DNA of 32,000 bases. Origin: Opitutales bacterium. GTDB lineage: Bacteria > Verrucomicrobiota > Verrucomicrobiia > Opitutales > PNEW01. Made by a program: the position numbers and the translations under genes. The notes under the pieces are model-generated. The model saw only the letters and a program-made list of their open reading frames with translations, was not told the origin of the DNA and searched no databases. The DNA lies in assembly GCA_965219535.1 (NCBI GenBank), contig CBDCNV010000001.1:2100001-2132000 (forward strand), written 5' to 3'. How positions within the stretch are numbered: the stretch's first letter is position 1; each line of letters opens with the position of its first letter. Shown here in pieces: positions 20,482 to 29,751 of this stretch.

Positions 20482-20567
20482 TGACCTGTCCCCGTAAAAC
20501 TGGACCAGGAAAGATTTAGTCTGGCATGGGTGGGAAACCTAATAATAAATAGGAGAAAGAACGACCC

Positions 20568-20840
20568 ATGAAAAGCAAAGGCAAACGCTATAATAAAGAA
20601 CAAATCATCTATGCCCTAAGGCAGGTAGAAGGCGGTCAAAGGATCGCCGAAGTGTGCCGAGAGTTAGGGGTGAGCGAACAGACCTACCACCGTTGGAAGG
20701 GTAAATACGCGGGCATGGGAATCAGTGAATTAAGACGACTGAAGCAACTCGACGAAGAGAACACTAGTTTGAAGAAGCTGGTGGCTGATCTGAGCCTGGA
20801 CAAGCACATGCTGCAGGAAGTTATCACAAAAAAATTGTAA
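20568..20840 (+). CDS. IS3-family transposase OrfA
   Basis: 90 aa with an HTH ([17 protein letters not shown]) and a leucine zipper ([25 protein letters not shown]). Confidence 0.9.
   Translation: MKSKGKRYNKEQIIYALRQVEGGQRIAEVCRELGVSEQTYHRWKGKYAGMGISELRRLKQLDEENTSLKKLVADLSLDKHMLQEVITKKL
20828..20834 (+). promoter_or_regulatory. candidate programmed -1 ribosomal frameshift heptamer A_AAA_AAA
   Basis: ACA AAA AAA TTG TAA: the heptamer is in the correct phase in orfA. orfB (20846-21625) is in the -1 frame and stays open back through the site ([11 protein letters not shown]...). Confidence 0.6.
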
Positions 20841-20845
20841 AGCCA

Positions 20846-21625
20846 GTGGGCAAGAAGGTGATTGCTGACTGGTTAGTGGAAGCCTATGAGGTGAGCAAAC
20901 GCCGGGCGTGCAGGCTGATGCAGTTGTCTTGGTCGAGTTATAACTACCAGCCGGTGAAGAAGGACGAACGTGCGCTGATCATGCGCATCGGTGACCTCGC
21001 CGCCGCGCGCGTGCGCTACGGGTATCGGCGAATCACGGTGTTATTAAAGCGGGAAGGCTGGACGGTAGGAAAGAAACGCGTTTATCGTATCTACAAGGCC
21101 GAAGGGCTGGAAGTGCGCACGAAGAAACGAAAGAAGCGTGCCGCGCAAAGACGGGTGTCACTGCCCGCGGCATCAGCTGCCCAGGAGCGCTGGTCGATGG
21201 ACTTTATGAGCGATCGGCTGACCAACGCCCGCCCCTTCCGCATACTCACCGTTGTCGATCAATACACCCGAGCTTGCCCACTGCTTTTGGTCGATACGTC
21301 CATCGGTGGGCACAAAGTCGCTGCAGCACTTATGAAAGCCGCTGCAGGAATCGGTCTTCCCCAAACCATTACCGTCGATAATGGGCCCGAGTTTGCCGGC
21401 AAAGTACTGGATGAATGGGCTTATGGCCATGGCATCAAGCTGGATTTTATCCGGCCAGGCAAACCCGTAGAGAATGGTTATATTGAGAGCTTCAATGGAC
21501 GCTTACGAGATGAACTTCTTAACACCGAGCTATTTTGTACGCTCGCTGAAGCGAAAGAAAAACTTGAAGCCTGGCGGCTTGATTATAATACTCAAAGACC
21601 ACACAGCTCTCTGGGCTATATCTAA
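20846..21625 (+). CDS. IS3-family transposase OrfB (DDE integrase core)
   Basis: 259 aa. DDE context is [18 protein letters not shown] and [19 protein letters not shown]. Confidence 0.9.
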   Translation: MGKKVIADWLVEAYEVSKRRACRLMQLSWSSYNYQPVKKDERALIMRIGDLAAARVRYGYRRITVLLKREGWTVGKKRVYRIYKAEGLEVRTKKRKKRAAQRRVSLPAASAAQERWSMDFMSDRLTNARPFRILTVVDQYTRACPLLLVDTSIGGHKVAAALMKAAAGIGLPQTITVDNGPEFAGKVLDEWAYGHGIKLDFIRPGKPVENGYIESFNGRLRDELLNTELFCTLAEAKEKLEAWRLDYNTQRPHSSLGYI

Positions 21626-21754
21626 GAAAATTAAAACCCATACCACCCTGCCGGATCTAACACTAGCACTGGTACAGTAAACGGGAGCAGGTCAAAACCA
21701 TTAACACCCGGTAACTCTCTCACTTAAACTGGTACGAATAACGGGGTCCGATCA

Positions 21755-22173
21755 ATTGCAATATGCATTCAGCCAACCTCCAATTTATGAAGGTGAATTT
21801 GTAGAGAAAGAAGTATTGGTTGGCTTCAAAAAGGATATATCTGAAATACAGATAAAATCTTTTGAAAATAGATATCAACTAAGACGCTTTAAGATTTTCC
21901 ATCATCTATATGTATGTCATTATAAAATAATTAGCGATAAAACTGTATCTGAGGTAATCAATGAAGCTAAAAAGGATTCGATATATAGAGCCAAACTATA
22001 TAAGAAATATTCAAAGTTCAATCGACCCTGACTTTTTCTTTCAATGGAGCCTTAATAATACTGGGCAAAAGGTTAATGCAATATCGGGTAGTATAGATGT
22101 TGATATCGATTGGCTTGAGGCCATGCAGATATATACTCCAAAAACACCAATAGTTGTTGCTGTAATAGATACA
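21755..22173 (+). pseudogene. fragment of a subtilisin-family (S8) peptidase gene: propeptide plus catalytic-Asp region, frameshifted and truncated at both ends
   Basis: Two overlapping frames are involved. The first (21756-22031) encodes an I9-like propeptide, VLVGFKKDISE...VCHYKIISDKTVSEVINEAKKD. The second (21961-22224) encodes RYIEPNYI...PIVVAVIDTGV, the Asp motif. There is no signal peptide, because the gene starts at the IS end. The frame breaks into a tRNA-like sequence after DTGV. Confidence 0.7.
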
Positions 22174-22207
22174 GGGGTCGCCGGTTCGAATCCGGTTAGC
22201 CACCCCA
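22174..22207 (+). other. 3' fragment of a tRNA-His gene (T-arm + acceptor 3' strand + CCA); att-site-like relic
   Basis: GGGGTCGCCGGTTCGAATCCGGTTAGCCACCCCA contains the T-arm GCCGG-TTCGAAT-CCGGT. The 3' end TTAGCCACCCCA is the characteristic tRNA-His terminus. No matching 5' half (GGTGGCTA...) is present upstream. Confidence 0.7.
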
Positions 22208-22343
22208 GCGATTTAATCATTTAAGATCTGATATTAACTACTTATGATTTAACTAAGTATACTAAATAACCTAATATATTGATAATAAATTGACTAAATG
22301 GAGATTTAATCTTTTGAATTTTAACACCAAATATGAAATTTTC

Positions 22344-22613
22344 ATGTTAAAAAATTCGCTGACGTTCTTAATTTTCTCTATTTTATCCCCTCTCCTTCTA
22401 ATAGCAGTGCCCCAAGACCTTGAGGTATTCACAGATTTCGAGAATATCAGCGGTGAAGGTGAATTTTTCATCGGCGAAGAGCCAAACAGAGTCAAGTTAG
22501 TTGGATTCACCGTTGAAACTTTAGAGGATCCTGCGCTTTTACACTCCGGAACAAAAGCGATAACCCTCGGGCCCGGTCAGGAGGGGGTAATTGTATCGGA
22601 TAGAGGGCTTTGA
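22344..22613 (+). pseudogene. 5' fragment of a secreted-protein gene, truncated by IS type B
   Basis: MLKNSLTFLIFSILSPLLLIAVPQD looks like a signal peptide. The reading frame is closed by the TGA that forms the first bases of the IS terminus TGATCGG at 22611. Confidence 0.5.
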
Positions 22614-23950
22614 TCGGACCCCGTTTTTCGTACCAATTTAAGTGAGAGAGTTACCGGGTGTTAATGGTTTTAGGATTGATGTATATGAGAGATCTTGGCG
22701 AAGTGAGGGCGTAGCCCGAACGCGGCCAAGATCGGAAAGGAATCTGACAAACTCTTGTGGGCTTTTGAAGCCTAAACGACTGTGGGGATGTTCATGGTTA
22801 TAGGTCTGACGCCATTGTTCGATTACCACTTGCGCTTCAGCCACGCTGAGCAACACTTCACGGTTCAAACACTCATCGCGTAAGCGGTTGTGAAACGACT
22901 CGATGAAACCGTTTTGCCAGGGACTGCCCGGATCGATATAGATCGCCTTTATGTTATTACCGGACAACCACTGCTGCACTTGATGAGCAATGAACTCACT
23001 GCCGTTGTCACTACGGATATAGCTGGGAGGTCCCTCCTCTTCAATGGCCTCGCTAAGCACAGAGAGGACATCGGTTGAGGTGAGTTGACGAGCGACCCGG
23101 ATATCCAGGCATTTACGCGTATATGTCTTCGCTTCGCTTGAGTGTCGTCGCTTTCAGCTCCTCGGTACATCGATTAGAGTCATCATCTTTAATGGACCGC
23201 CGTTGTCTGTACGATCATGGACAAAGTCCCAGGACCAAACGTGATTGCGACCCTTTGCTTTAGTAGGTGACCCCGTAGAGACTCCTTGACGGTGTCTGCC
23301 CTTTTTCGGGGGCTTTACCTGCAGCCCTTCTGAACGTCGTACCGCCTGGACAAACTTCCTGCTTGTTGTCCAGCCTTCCTTTACCAGCAAGGCACGGATG
23401 CGCCGGTAACCGTAGCGGGGATGTTTCCAGGACAAGCTCACAATCCGCTCGACCAACCGCTGAGCTTTCTCACTGGCCTGTTTGGGCCGGTAACTGAACG
23501 TTGACCAACTCAGGCTGAGATAAGCACAAGCCCTCCGCAACGAGCACAACCCTTTCTCAGCCGCAGCTTTTACTACTCGTTTCTTCTGCTTTGGGCTCAC
23601 CATTTTTTTGACAGCGTTTCCTCCATTACCTGATTCTTGAGCATTTGATCTGCGAGCAGCTTCTTCAGCTCGGTATGTCAGGCCTTCTCGCTTGCGCTCG
23701 TGAATTCTTTTTCCAGCTCTTTAAATCGCTTCGCATCGGCAAGTTCTAAATTGCCATATTTTTTACGCCAGCGATAGAAAGTCTGTTCGCTCAGGTTGTT
23801 TCCACGGCAGATTTCCTGTACCGTTTTACCGGTATCGGCTTGCCGCAATATTGTTATAATCTGTTCTGTTGTGTATCTTTTTCTTTTCATTGAGGTTATC
23901 TGTTTATCCCGATAACCTCTCTCTGTAAATGATACGATTTTTGGGGGTCA
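22611..23950 (-). mobile_element. IS3-family element type B, full length but pseudogenised (1340 bp)
   Basis: The termini are TGATCGGACCCCGTTTTTCGTACCAATTTAAGTGAGAGAG (22611) and, in reverse complement at 23950, TGACCCCCAAAAATCGTATCATTTACAGAGAGAGG. orfA (23678-23890) loses frame inside the zipper. orfB is split into 23154-23603 and 22638-23060 by a roughly 40-nt insertion carrying a stop (LIDVPRS*...TYTRKCLDIRV). Confidence 0.85.
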
Positions 23951-23954
23951 CTCC

Positions 23955-24782
23955 ATGAATCCAAGTTTCGACAATGTCAAGGACATCAAGTGGTCATCAA
24001 TACTGCGGCTACGGGCAGTTGAGAATCGCTTCTTCGCTCTGTGTACGCTCCATGATAACGGCCGTGGAAGAACTCATCCCTTTGCCTTTTCGCCAGACGG
24101 CAAAGAACTCATGGGAAGACACGTGGGTTCCCCCGTCACTAGGCCGCTTTCTAAATGCAGCGAATCCGATGCCATCTATGTAGTCGATCTCGACATGCGT
24201 TCTGCTGATAAACCGCTGGATTGGTCTCAACTGCCATGCGCTAAGAAGGCACAAGTAGATCGGTCAGGTCAACTCCAGCGTCCTGTCCGTGTTGCAATGA
24301 TCAAACAACAACCCGCATTGTTGGGAGTCGCGGGTTGGCAAACTGTGGAAGAACCCGGGCGTATCTTCGAAACTGATTCCGGATCAGTATACGTTGGAGT
24401 GATACGGGACGAACGGATTTTGGATGCAGCCAAATGTTTTGCCGTCTTGCACACGGCAAAAAAGAAGGGGTGTACCCCGATTTTATGGAATACTTGGGAC
24501 GAGCTTCCAACAGATTCGTCGCGCTTGGCAATGCTCATGATGGGCCGAGCAATTGAATGTTGCGCGCCGGTCTTTGTTTCCGACCGAACCGGAATTCATG
24601 AACTCATTGAACTGTCAAACCGCAACAAGATACCTGCTCGCAGAAATGTGCAAGTGTCTCGGGAAGTAGTGGTGGACATTGGATATGCATGGGGCCTGGA
24701 TAGTGCGTTTAAGATGGTTGCCAGAAAACTTCCTCACAATATGAAACGAACCGCATTAGACCGCTATCGAAGACTGGCGTGA
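23955..24782 (+). CDS. N-terminally truncated protein: tail of a carbon-nitrogen hydrolase (nitrilase-superfamily)-like domain fused to an unknown roughly 170-aa C-terminal domain
   Basis: The ORF begins 4 nt after the IS type B terminus. LRLRAVENRFFALCT...AFSPDGKEL...AIYVVDLDM resembles the last strands of CN-hydrolases (RA-x-EN motif). The remainder has no motif I recognise. Confidence 0.5.
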   Translation: MNPSFDNVKDIKWSSILRLRAVENRFFALCTLHDNGRGRTHPFAFSPDGKELMGRHVGSPVTRPLSKCSESDAIYVVDLDMRSADKPLDWSQLPCAKKAQVDRSGQLQRPVRVAMIKQQPALLGVAGWQTVEEPGRIFETDSGSVYVGVIRDERILDAAKCFAVLHTAKKKGCTPILWNTWDELPTDSSRLAMLMMGRAIECCAPVFVSDRTGIHELIELSNRNKIPARRNVQVSREVVVDIGYAWGLDSAFKMVARKLPHNMKRTALDRYRRLA

Positions 24783-24800
24783 GAGGCAGGGACCGATGAC

Positions 24801-25209
24801 ATGGAGCGTTTCCGCACCCTGGTGCCGTTCCTGTCCAAGTTCGAGGCGCCCGACTTCTAGTTCGGTCATTGAGTCGAACGTGCAGGGTAATTGATCCCGG
24901 AATCTGAGTTGAGTCCTGTCGCATCGGGTTTCGTTTCCACCTGCTACAAGACCAGTTGGATTGGGAAGGGTTTCGACAGCTCGGAATGGAGAAGCAGGGT
25001 CGACGGAAGAACTCGGACGAAGCCAGTCAGCTTCGCGAAGACCCGGGCGCGTTCGATTCAGTGACGCTCAGGTAGTTAAGTCGGCGACTGATGGTCTTGA
25101 TCAGACAAGAGCGTTTCGTCACCGGCGTGTTGGCTGGCATTTTCGAATCCGGTTTTTGGTAGAGATTATTCGGCACGTAGCGGCGCTGGCCACTCAACCG
25201 ACGTCATGA
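24801..25209 (+). pseudogene. degraded small gene (in-frame stops and frameshifts)
   Basis: MERFRTLVPFLSKFEAPDF*FGH... continues in other frames as ...SGFVSTCYKTSWIGKGFDSSEW... and ...LIRQERFVTGVLAGIFESGF(W*)/LVEIIRHVAALA. Coherent protein-like segments are spread over three frames. Confidence 0.5.
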
Positions 25210-25249
25210 AGGCCGCTCGGGAATGCCCGTGAGATTAAGCGCGCGGCAC

Positions 25250-25728
25250 TAACCGGATCGTCGGACCTCAGAGCCGCGTTCACGCGTTGTGTAACGAATG
25301 TCTTGGTCGCGTAGCGGACGTCTGAAAAGAACGCTTTGGAATCGAGCCCGGGAACCTACAGTATCTGTCGGGATGGAATATGAGACTCGATACCAAAGCA
25401 GCGGCACTTACGGGTGGAATTTTTCTAGGCGGTTCGATCTTCCTCGTCGGCATCACCAGTCTAATCCGGTCAGATTAAGGCCACACGTTGCTGGAATTGG
25501 CCGCGTCGCTGTACCTGGCTACGACGCAGATCCTTTTTCCCGCAGCTCGTCACCGGAACCTTATATGGCATGGTGAACGGTTTTGTTGGCGACCGCGATC
25601 TTGTATTTCTGGAGCAGCTCGCACAGCGGTACCCGGTGATCGCGCTTCGCCTTCATCCGTGAAGCGGGAATCGTCCATACTCGGTCCGTCAGATCGATCT
25701 CACCCATTCTCGGCATCGCCCATCCCAA
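25250..25728 (-). pseudogene. remnant of a P4-type tyrosine integrase (C-terminal catalytic half, frameshifted)
   Basis: The minus-strand translation is GEIDLTDRVWTIPASRMKAKRDHRVPL, which matches the integrase box I region W-x-IP-x-x-RMK-x-x-x-x-H-x-VPL. Later fragments (TCGLNLTGLDW ~ HGLRSTFRDW; ARFQSVLFRRPLRDQ ~ AYRRSDLFERRRxLMDxW) lie in other frames. The N-terminal half is absent. Confidence 0.65.
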
Positions 25729-25729
25729 T

Positions 25730-26500
25730 TTACTTCAGATGTGGTTTATCAAAGTAATCTTGGATTTTCCCTATCAGGTGCGAGACGTCTATCCATGACT
25801 CGGCGTAGGCGTTATTTCTCCGCCACCCTACGTGCCATATCACGGGTGTCTCCTTAAGTTGCCTGTTCTTAATTAAAGGTTTATCGTTTTCGGTTCGGCA
25901 ATCGGCTCTCACAGTCATACACTGACTGGCGAAGAATGTTTTCCAGATGCTCTCCTGTAGGAGCGGCCACTTCTTAATCGTTTCAAGGCAGTGCTCTAAA
26001 TCGCCCAACCCCTGCTTAAGCACTACCAACGCCTGTTTCTTGTTCATATTATTGAATTTTTCTTCTGCCAAACCACAAATTACCAAGAAGATATCTTCAG
26101 GTGTTAACACGAGGCGTTCGACAGAGTCGAGAAACAGGTTATAGGGAATGATAACCCTCTCTCCCAGATCATTGGAGATGTCTAGGTTACCATCTCCTAT
26201 CCTCAAATAGTACACATGAATGACCATCCCCAACAGGTTCTTCAAATGTATGTTCTTGGTCTTCCCGAACTCGTCTGTGACATCCAAATTCCAGCCACGC
26301 AGATGGATGGGTAATTTGTTCCCACCCGGGTCGGCTTCCGCGATCGTCGTGGCAATATCGCGGGCTGGGTGTACAAGGGACTTGAATTGGTAGGTCTGCC
26401 TCGTGAAGGACGACCCTCCCGTCAACGGCAACGCAAATTGTTGTTCCCGTAATTGTACAAGGTTTTGGCGCAGTAACTCGACTTGGTCTACCAAGAGCAT
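25730..26500 (-). CDS. hypothetical protein, 256 aa, orphan
   Basis: Uninterrupted ORF with GAAGGA 12 nt upstream of the ATG. It is less GC-rich than both flanks. No motif I can recognise. Confidence 0.65.
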   Translation of the reverse strand: MLLVDQVELLRQNLVQLREQQFALPLTGGSSFTRQTYQFKSLVHPARDIATTIAEADPGGNKLPIHLRGWNLDVTDEFGKTKNIHLKNLLGMVIHVYYLRIGDGNLDISNDLGERVIIPYNLFLDSVERLVLTPEDIFLVICGLAEEKFNNMNKKQALVVLKQGLGDLEHCLETIKKWPLLQESIWKTFFASQCMTVRADCRTENDKPLIKNRQLKETPVIWHVGWRRNNAYAESWIDVSHLIGKIQDYFDKPHLK

Positions 26501-26654
26501 CGTTTTGATCTATCCTTCATCCACTCTACACATTCTGATATCCACCACCAGTGTGACATCGCCCAAAATCGGCTGGTAACCCTACTGACCTGCACCCACA
26601 AGTGATACCAGCCGCTAAGTTAGAGTCGGAATCATGTGGAGTCAAGCCCATGGG

Positions 26655-26909
26655 AGTGAACTCCCAACCTGCGTCTTGGGCAGAAAGGCCTCCTTACTCC
26701 ATCCGCCACCAGTAGTACGTTTGCTCCGCCACCCCTATTCGTTTGCATACTTGGCCGACACTCTCACCCTTGAACCAGAGCCACCTCCGCCTCACGCAGC
26801 ATGATGATGATCTGCTCGGGTATAAACGGCTTCCTTGCCATGCCCAGCCTCTTTCCTGAAATCGAAGTTCCTAACAATTAATCTGGCCTAGTTTTAGGGA
26901 GCAAGGTCA
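26655..26909 (-). mobile_element. remnant of a fourth IS3-family element (type D): left terminus plus frameshifted orfA
   Basis: The terminus TGACCTTGCTCCCTAAAACTAGGCCAG (minus strand from 26909) resembles the type C IRL. The orfA-like reading is MARKPFIPEQIIIMLREAEVALVQG*, then ...VGQVCKRIGVAEQTYYWWRMEYGGL in another frame. Confidence 0.65.
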
Positions 26910-26912
26910 AGA

Positions 26913-28205
26913 TGGTCGTGACCACGAAAACTGGGACAGTTGAAAAGTTAGTCTGAGTAACCTGGAAAGGACTCAGACAATGAAAGGCAAAAAATACACC
27001 ACCGAAGAGAAGATACGTATATTGCGGCAAGCAGACAGAGGCAAATCGATCCAGGAAGTGTGCCGGGAGAATAACGTCAGCGAACAGACCTACCACCGTT
27101 GGAAGCGTGAGTTTGGGATGATAGATGTCAACCAGCCCAAGCGGATGAAGGAACTCTTTGAAAGAGAACGTGCGATTAAAACGGATGCTAGCGGACAAGC
27201 TGCTGGGGATAGAGATTTTGCGGGAGATCCTCGAAAAAAATGGTAGATGTCGCTTACGCTCGGTAGTAAGCGCTGGGCACAAGAAGCAAGTGGCAGAGAG
27301 ACTTGTGGGCCGGGACCATTGTTCGATGCGTGCAGCGTGCCGATACTTTCACCTGCACCGTTACACCTATGCGTATCGGGCGAACGTATCCGGATGGCTG
27401 GCTAACGAAACTGAAGGCGGAAGTAAGGCGGTTATCACGGCAATACGCGAGGTGGGGCTATGCGAAGAACACGAAGCTGTTGAAGGACGAAGGTAGGTGG
27501 GTGGGTAAACGGCTCGTGCAAGGTCTGCGACGTGAACTGGGTCTGAGCTATAACCCCACGCAAGCCAAGGCGTCGGCGAAGGGGTGTCTGCACTGGGCTG
27601 CCGACCCTGTTTGGACCTGGGATTTTATCCACGAAAAGACGATCCGCAGGGGGGAATCTCAAAATGCTGACCGCGCTCGACGAGTAGACCCGCGAGTGCC
27701 GGGTGATCCATGTCGATCGCCATATCAATGCGGAGACGGTGCGCGGTATCATGCAAAAAATGATCGAGAGGCATGGACCGCCACAATATATTCGCAGCTA
27801 CAACGGTTCCGAGTTCATTGAAAGGGAATTGCGAGCTTGGCTAGCTGCGATGAAAATCAAAACCCTCTATATCGAACCAGGAAGTCCTTGGCAGAACGGA
27901 TACATCGAATCTTTCCATGCCCGTTTTCGCGAGGAGTGCTTAAACCGTGAGCAGTTATGGACTTTGACCGAAGCCCGCGTGGTGATCGGGGATTGGCGCT
28001 GGCTTTACAATTATGTAAAGCCCCCACCGCAGTCTCGGCAATATCACCACACGGCGCTTTGCTGAAAACCTCAAGACCGAAGGCTCGGGCTCCACTCGGG
28101 CTACGCCCTCATTGCGCCAAGTCTTGACTTCCTCCACCAACTTAACTTCAACATTAACCTCTCCAGACTAACTCTCACAGTGGACCAGTTTGTGTAACCC
28201 GACCA
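26913..28205 (+). mobile_element. IS3-family element type A, copy 2, full length but pseudogenised (1293 bp)
   Basis: The termini are TGGTCGTGACCACGAAAACTGGGACAG... and ...CAGTGGACCAGTTTGTGTAACCCGACCA. The transposase is split over four ORFs (26980-27246, 27158-27496, 27303-27821, 27703-28065). The poly-A tract is A7 (27234-27240). Confidence 0.9.
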
Positions 28206-28216
28206 ATCTGTTCCTT

Positions 28217-28286
28217 ATTCTTTTCATTGAGGTTATCGGTTTATCCCGATAACCTCTTTCTGTAAATGATACGATTTTAGGGGTCA
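28217..28286 (+). mobile_element. solo right-end fragment of IS type B
   Basis: TTCTTTTCATTGAGGTTATCGGTTTATCCCGATAACCTCTTTCTGTAAATGATACGATTTTAGGGGTCA closely matches 23881-23950. Confidence 0.75.
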
Positions 28287-28292
28287 CGCCAC

Positions 28293-28341
28293 GTTACCCA
28301 GACTAACTTTCCGATCGGCACAGTTTCCGTGCTCACGACCA
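28293..28341 (-). mobile_element. solo terminal inverted-repeat fragment related to the IS type A left end
   Basis: GTTACCCAGACTAACTTTCCGATCGGCACAGTTTCCGTGCTCACGACCA parallels 19451-19499 (GTTACCCAGACTAACTTTTCAAGTGTCCCAGTTTTCGTGGTCACGACCA). Confidence 0.6.
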
Positions 28342-28430
28342 ACTTGGTTAAGCGTTAATCTGTTGATTATATTCATAAATATAAATCGCATCTAATAAAG
28401 TGGTCACAGACGAGGGTAAATTTAATTCTG

Positions 28431-29751
28431 CTATAATATATTTTCATCATAATCATATTGAATGCTTTGAAGTACCTGAGTAGTCTTATACTGATTACCT
28501 TTTCTAGTAGTTCTCCCGCACTCTGCAATTAGATGTAATCGTCTCTTCGCTCTTGAACAAATTACATAGAGTAATTTTGACGCACGATCTATTGCTTTTT
28601 CACCATCTCTATTATAAATGTCTTGCCAATTTGGGATATACCCTTGAAGGAGCCCAAAACAGATAACCGTATCATATTCTTCACCCTTAATACCATGGCA
28701 TGTATTAACGACAACACCTGAAGGATGTTTGAATAGCTTTTTTAGCGATTCAACGTCACGCGGCACTCGACCCTCTGATTTTTCAATAAGATTATCAGCT
28801 TCCTTAAAAAATTTGGAATAATCTTCATAAAAAGTTTTATGGCTATGAATATCAATTGCTAATTTGCATATTAGACTTTGAAATACATGCTGAAGAAATT
28901 CTAGACCATCGATCACTTGAGAATGAATCGAGTTGATAAGTCGTAAAAAAGTACGTGCCTGTCTATATGCTGCTGGTATTACAATGCCATAATTCTTGTC
29001 TAAATCATTAATTACTTCTTTCGCCCAACGGTGACGAGTTCTAAAATAAGAAGGTGACGGTGTCGTCAAGAATAGGCGAGCTATCTTAAACCAAATACTG
29101 TCTCTCTGGGCGTACAAGGGAGAGAGTCCTGGTGCTTCAAAATCAACATTTGGTAGTAGTTGTACAAGTGATCGACCTAATGCTCTAACATGCCACCAAT
29201 GAGGGGCTAATACACAGATCTCATTTTGTTGAATTCCTTCTTTGAGTGCATATTTAATCAATTTTGCAATGAACGATGGAATCTCCTTTTGATCTATGCA
29301 TTGATTATGAAAAGTAATGGCTCCTTGTTCATTAACATAACTTGTCCTTGAATTAATTGTTGAATTTGTAGATCTAAATAAACAAAAGTAATCTATTAAA
29401 CGCTGAGTTGACCTATAATTACCAGTGAGCTCAAAACGAGTCAGCTTATCGAGACCAAACTCCTCTGCTATTTCTTCAATATTTTTTGCAACACCTCCCA
29501 ATGATTCGTAGATCGCTTGGTCAGCATCACCAACACATAACAATATTGGTGTAGTGTTAGAATACTTTACAATTGAAGCCAGGATGGCATATTGAAGATC
29601 TTGTGTGTCTTGCATTTCATCAATACACAACAAGCGAATAATTTCCCCAATTGTATTAGATATTTCCGGAATGCGTTGTTGTAATTCATACGCGAAATAC
29701 AAAACTTGGTCGTAATCAATCAGTTTCTCTCTTCGCAAAATTTTGTGGTAT
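28431..29751 (-). pseudogene. UvrD/Rep-like superfamily 1 helicase, N-terminal third (Walker A) missing, cut by IS type A copy 3
   Basis: Motif II LLCIDEMQDT, GNYRST, motif V NTCHGIKGEEYDTV and motif VI LLYVICSRAKRRLHL are present. The reading frame stays open upstream of the annotated TTG start (..QYHKILRREK) until it runs into the IS terminus at 29752. Confidence 0.8.

Larger units (their letters stand above)
20482..21754 (+). mobile_element. IS3-family element type C, apparently intact (1273 bp)
   Basis: The ends are TGACCTGTCCCCGTAAAACTGGACCAGG and (reverse complement) TGATCGGACCCCGTTATTCGTACCAG, which are imperfect inverted repeats. orfA and orfB are in the 0/-1 arrangement. The flanks (gagcc / attgc) show no target duplication. 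Confidence 0.9.
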
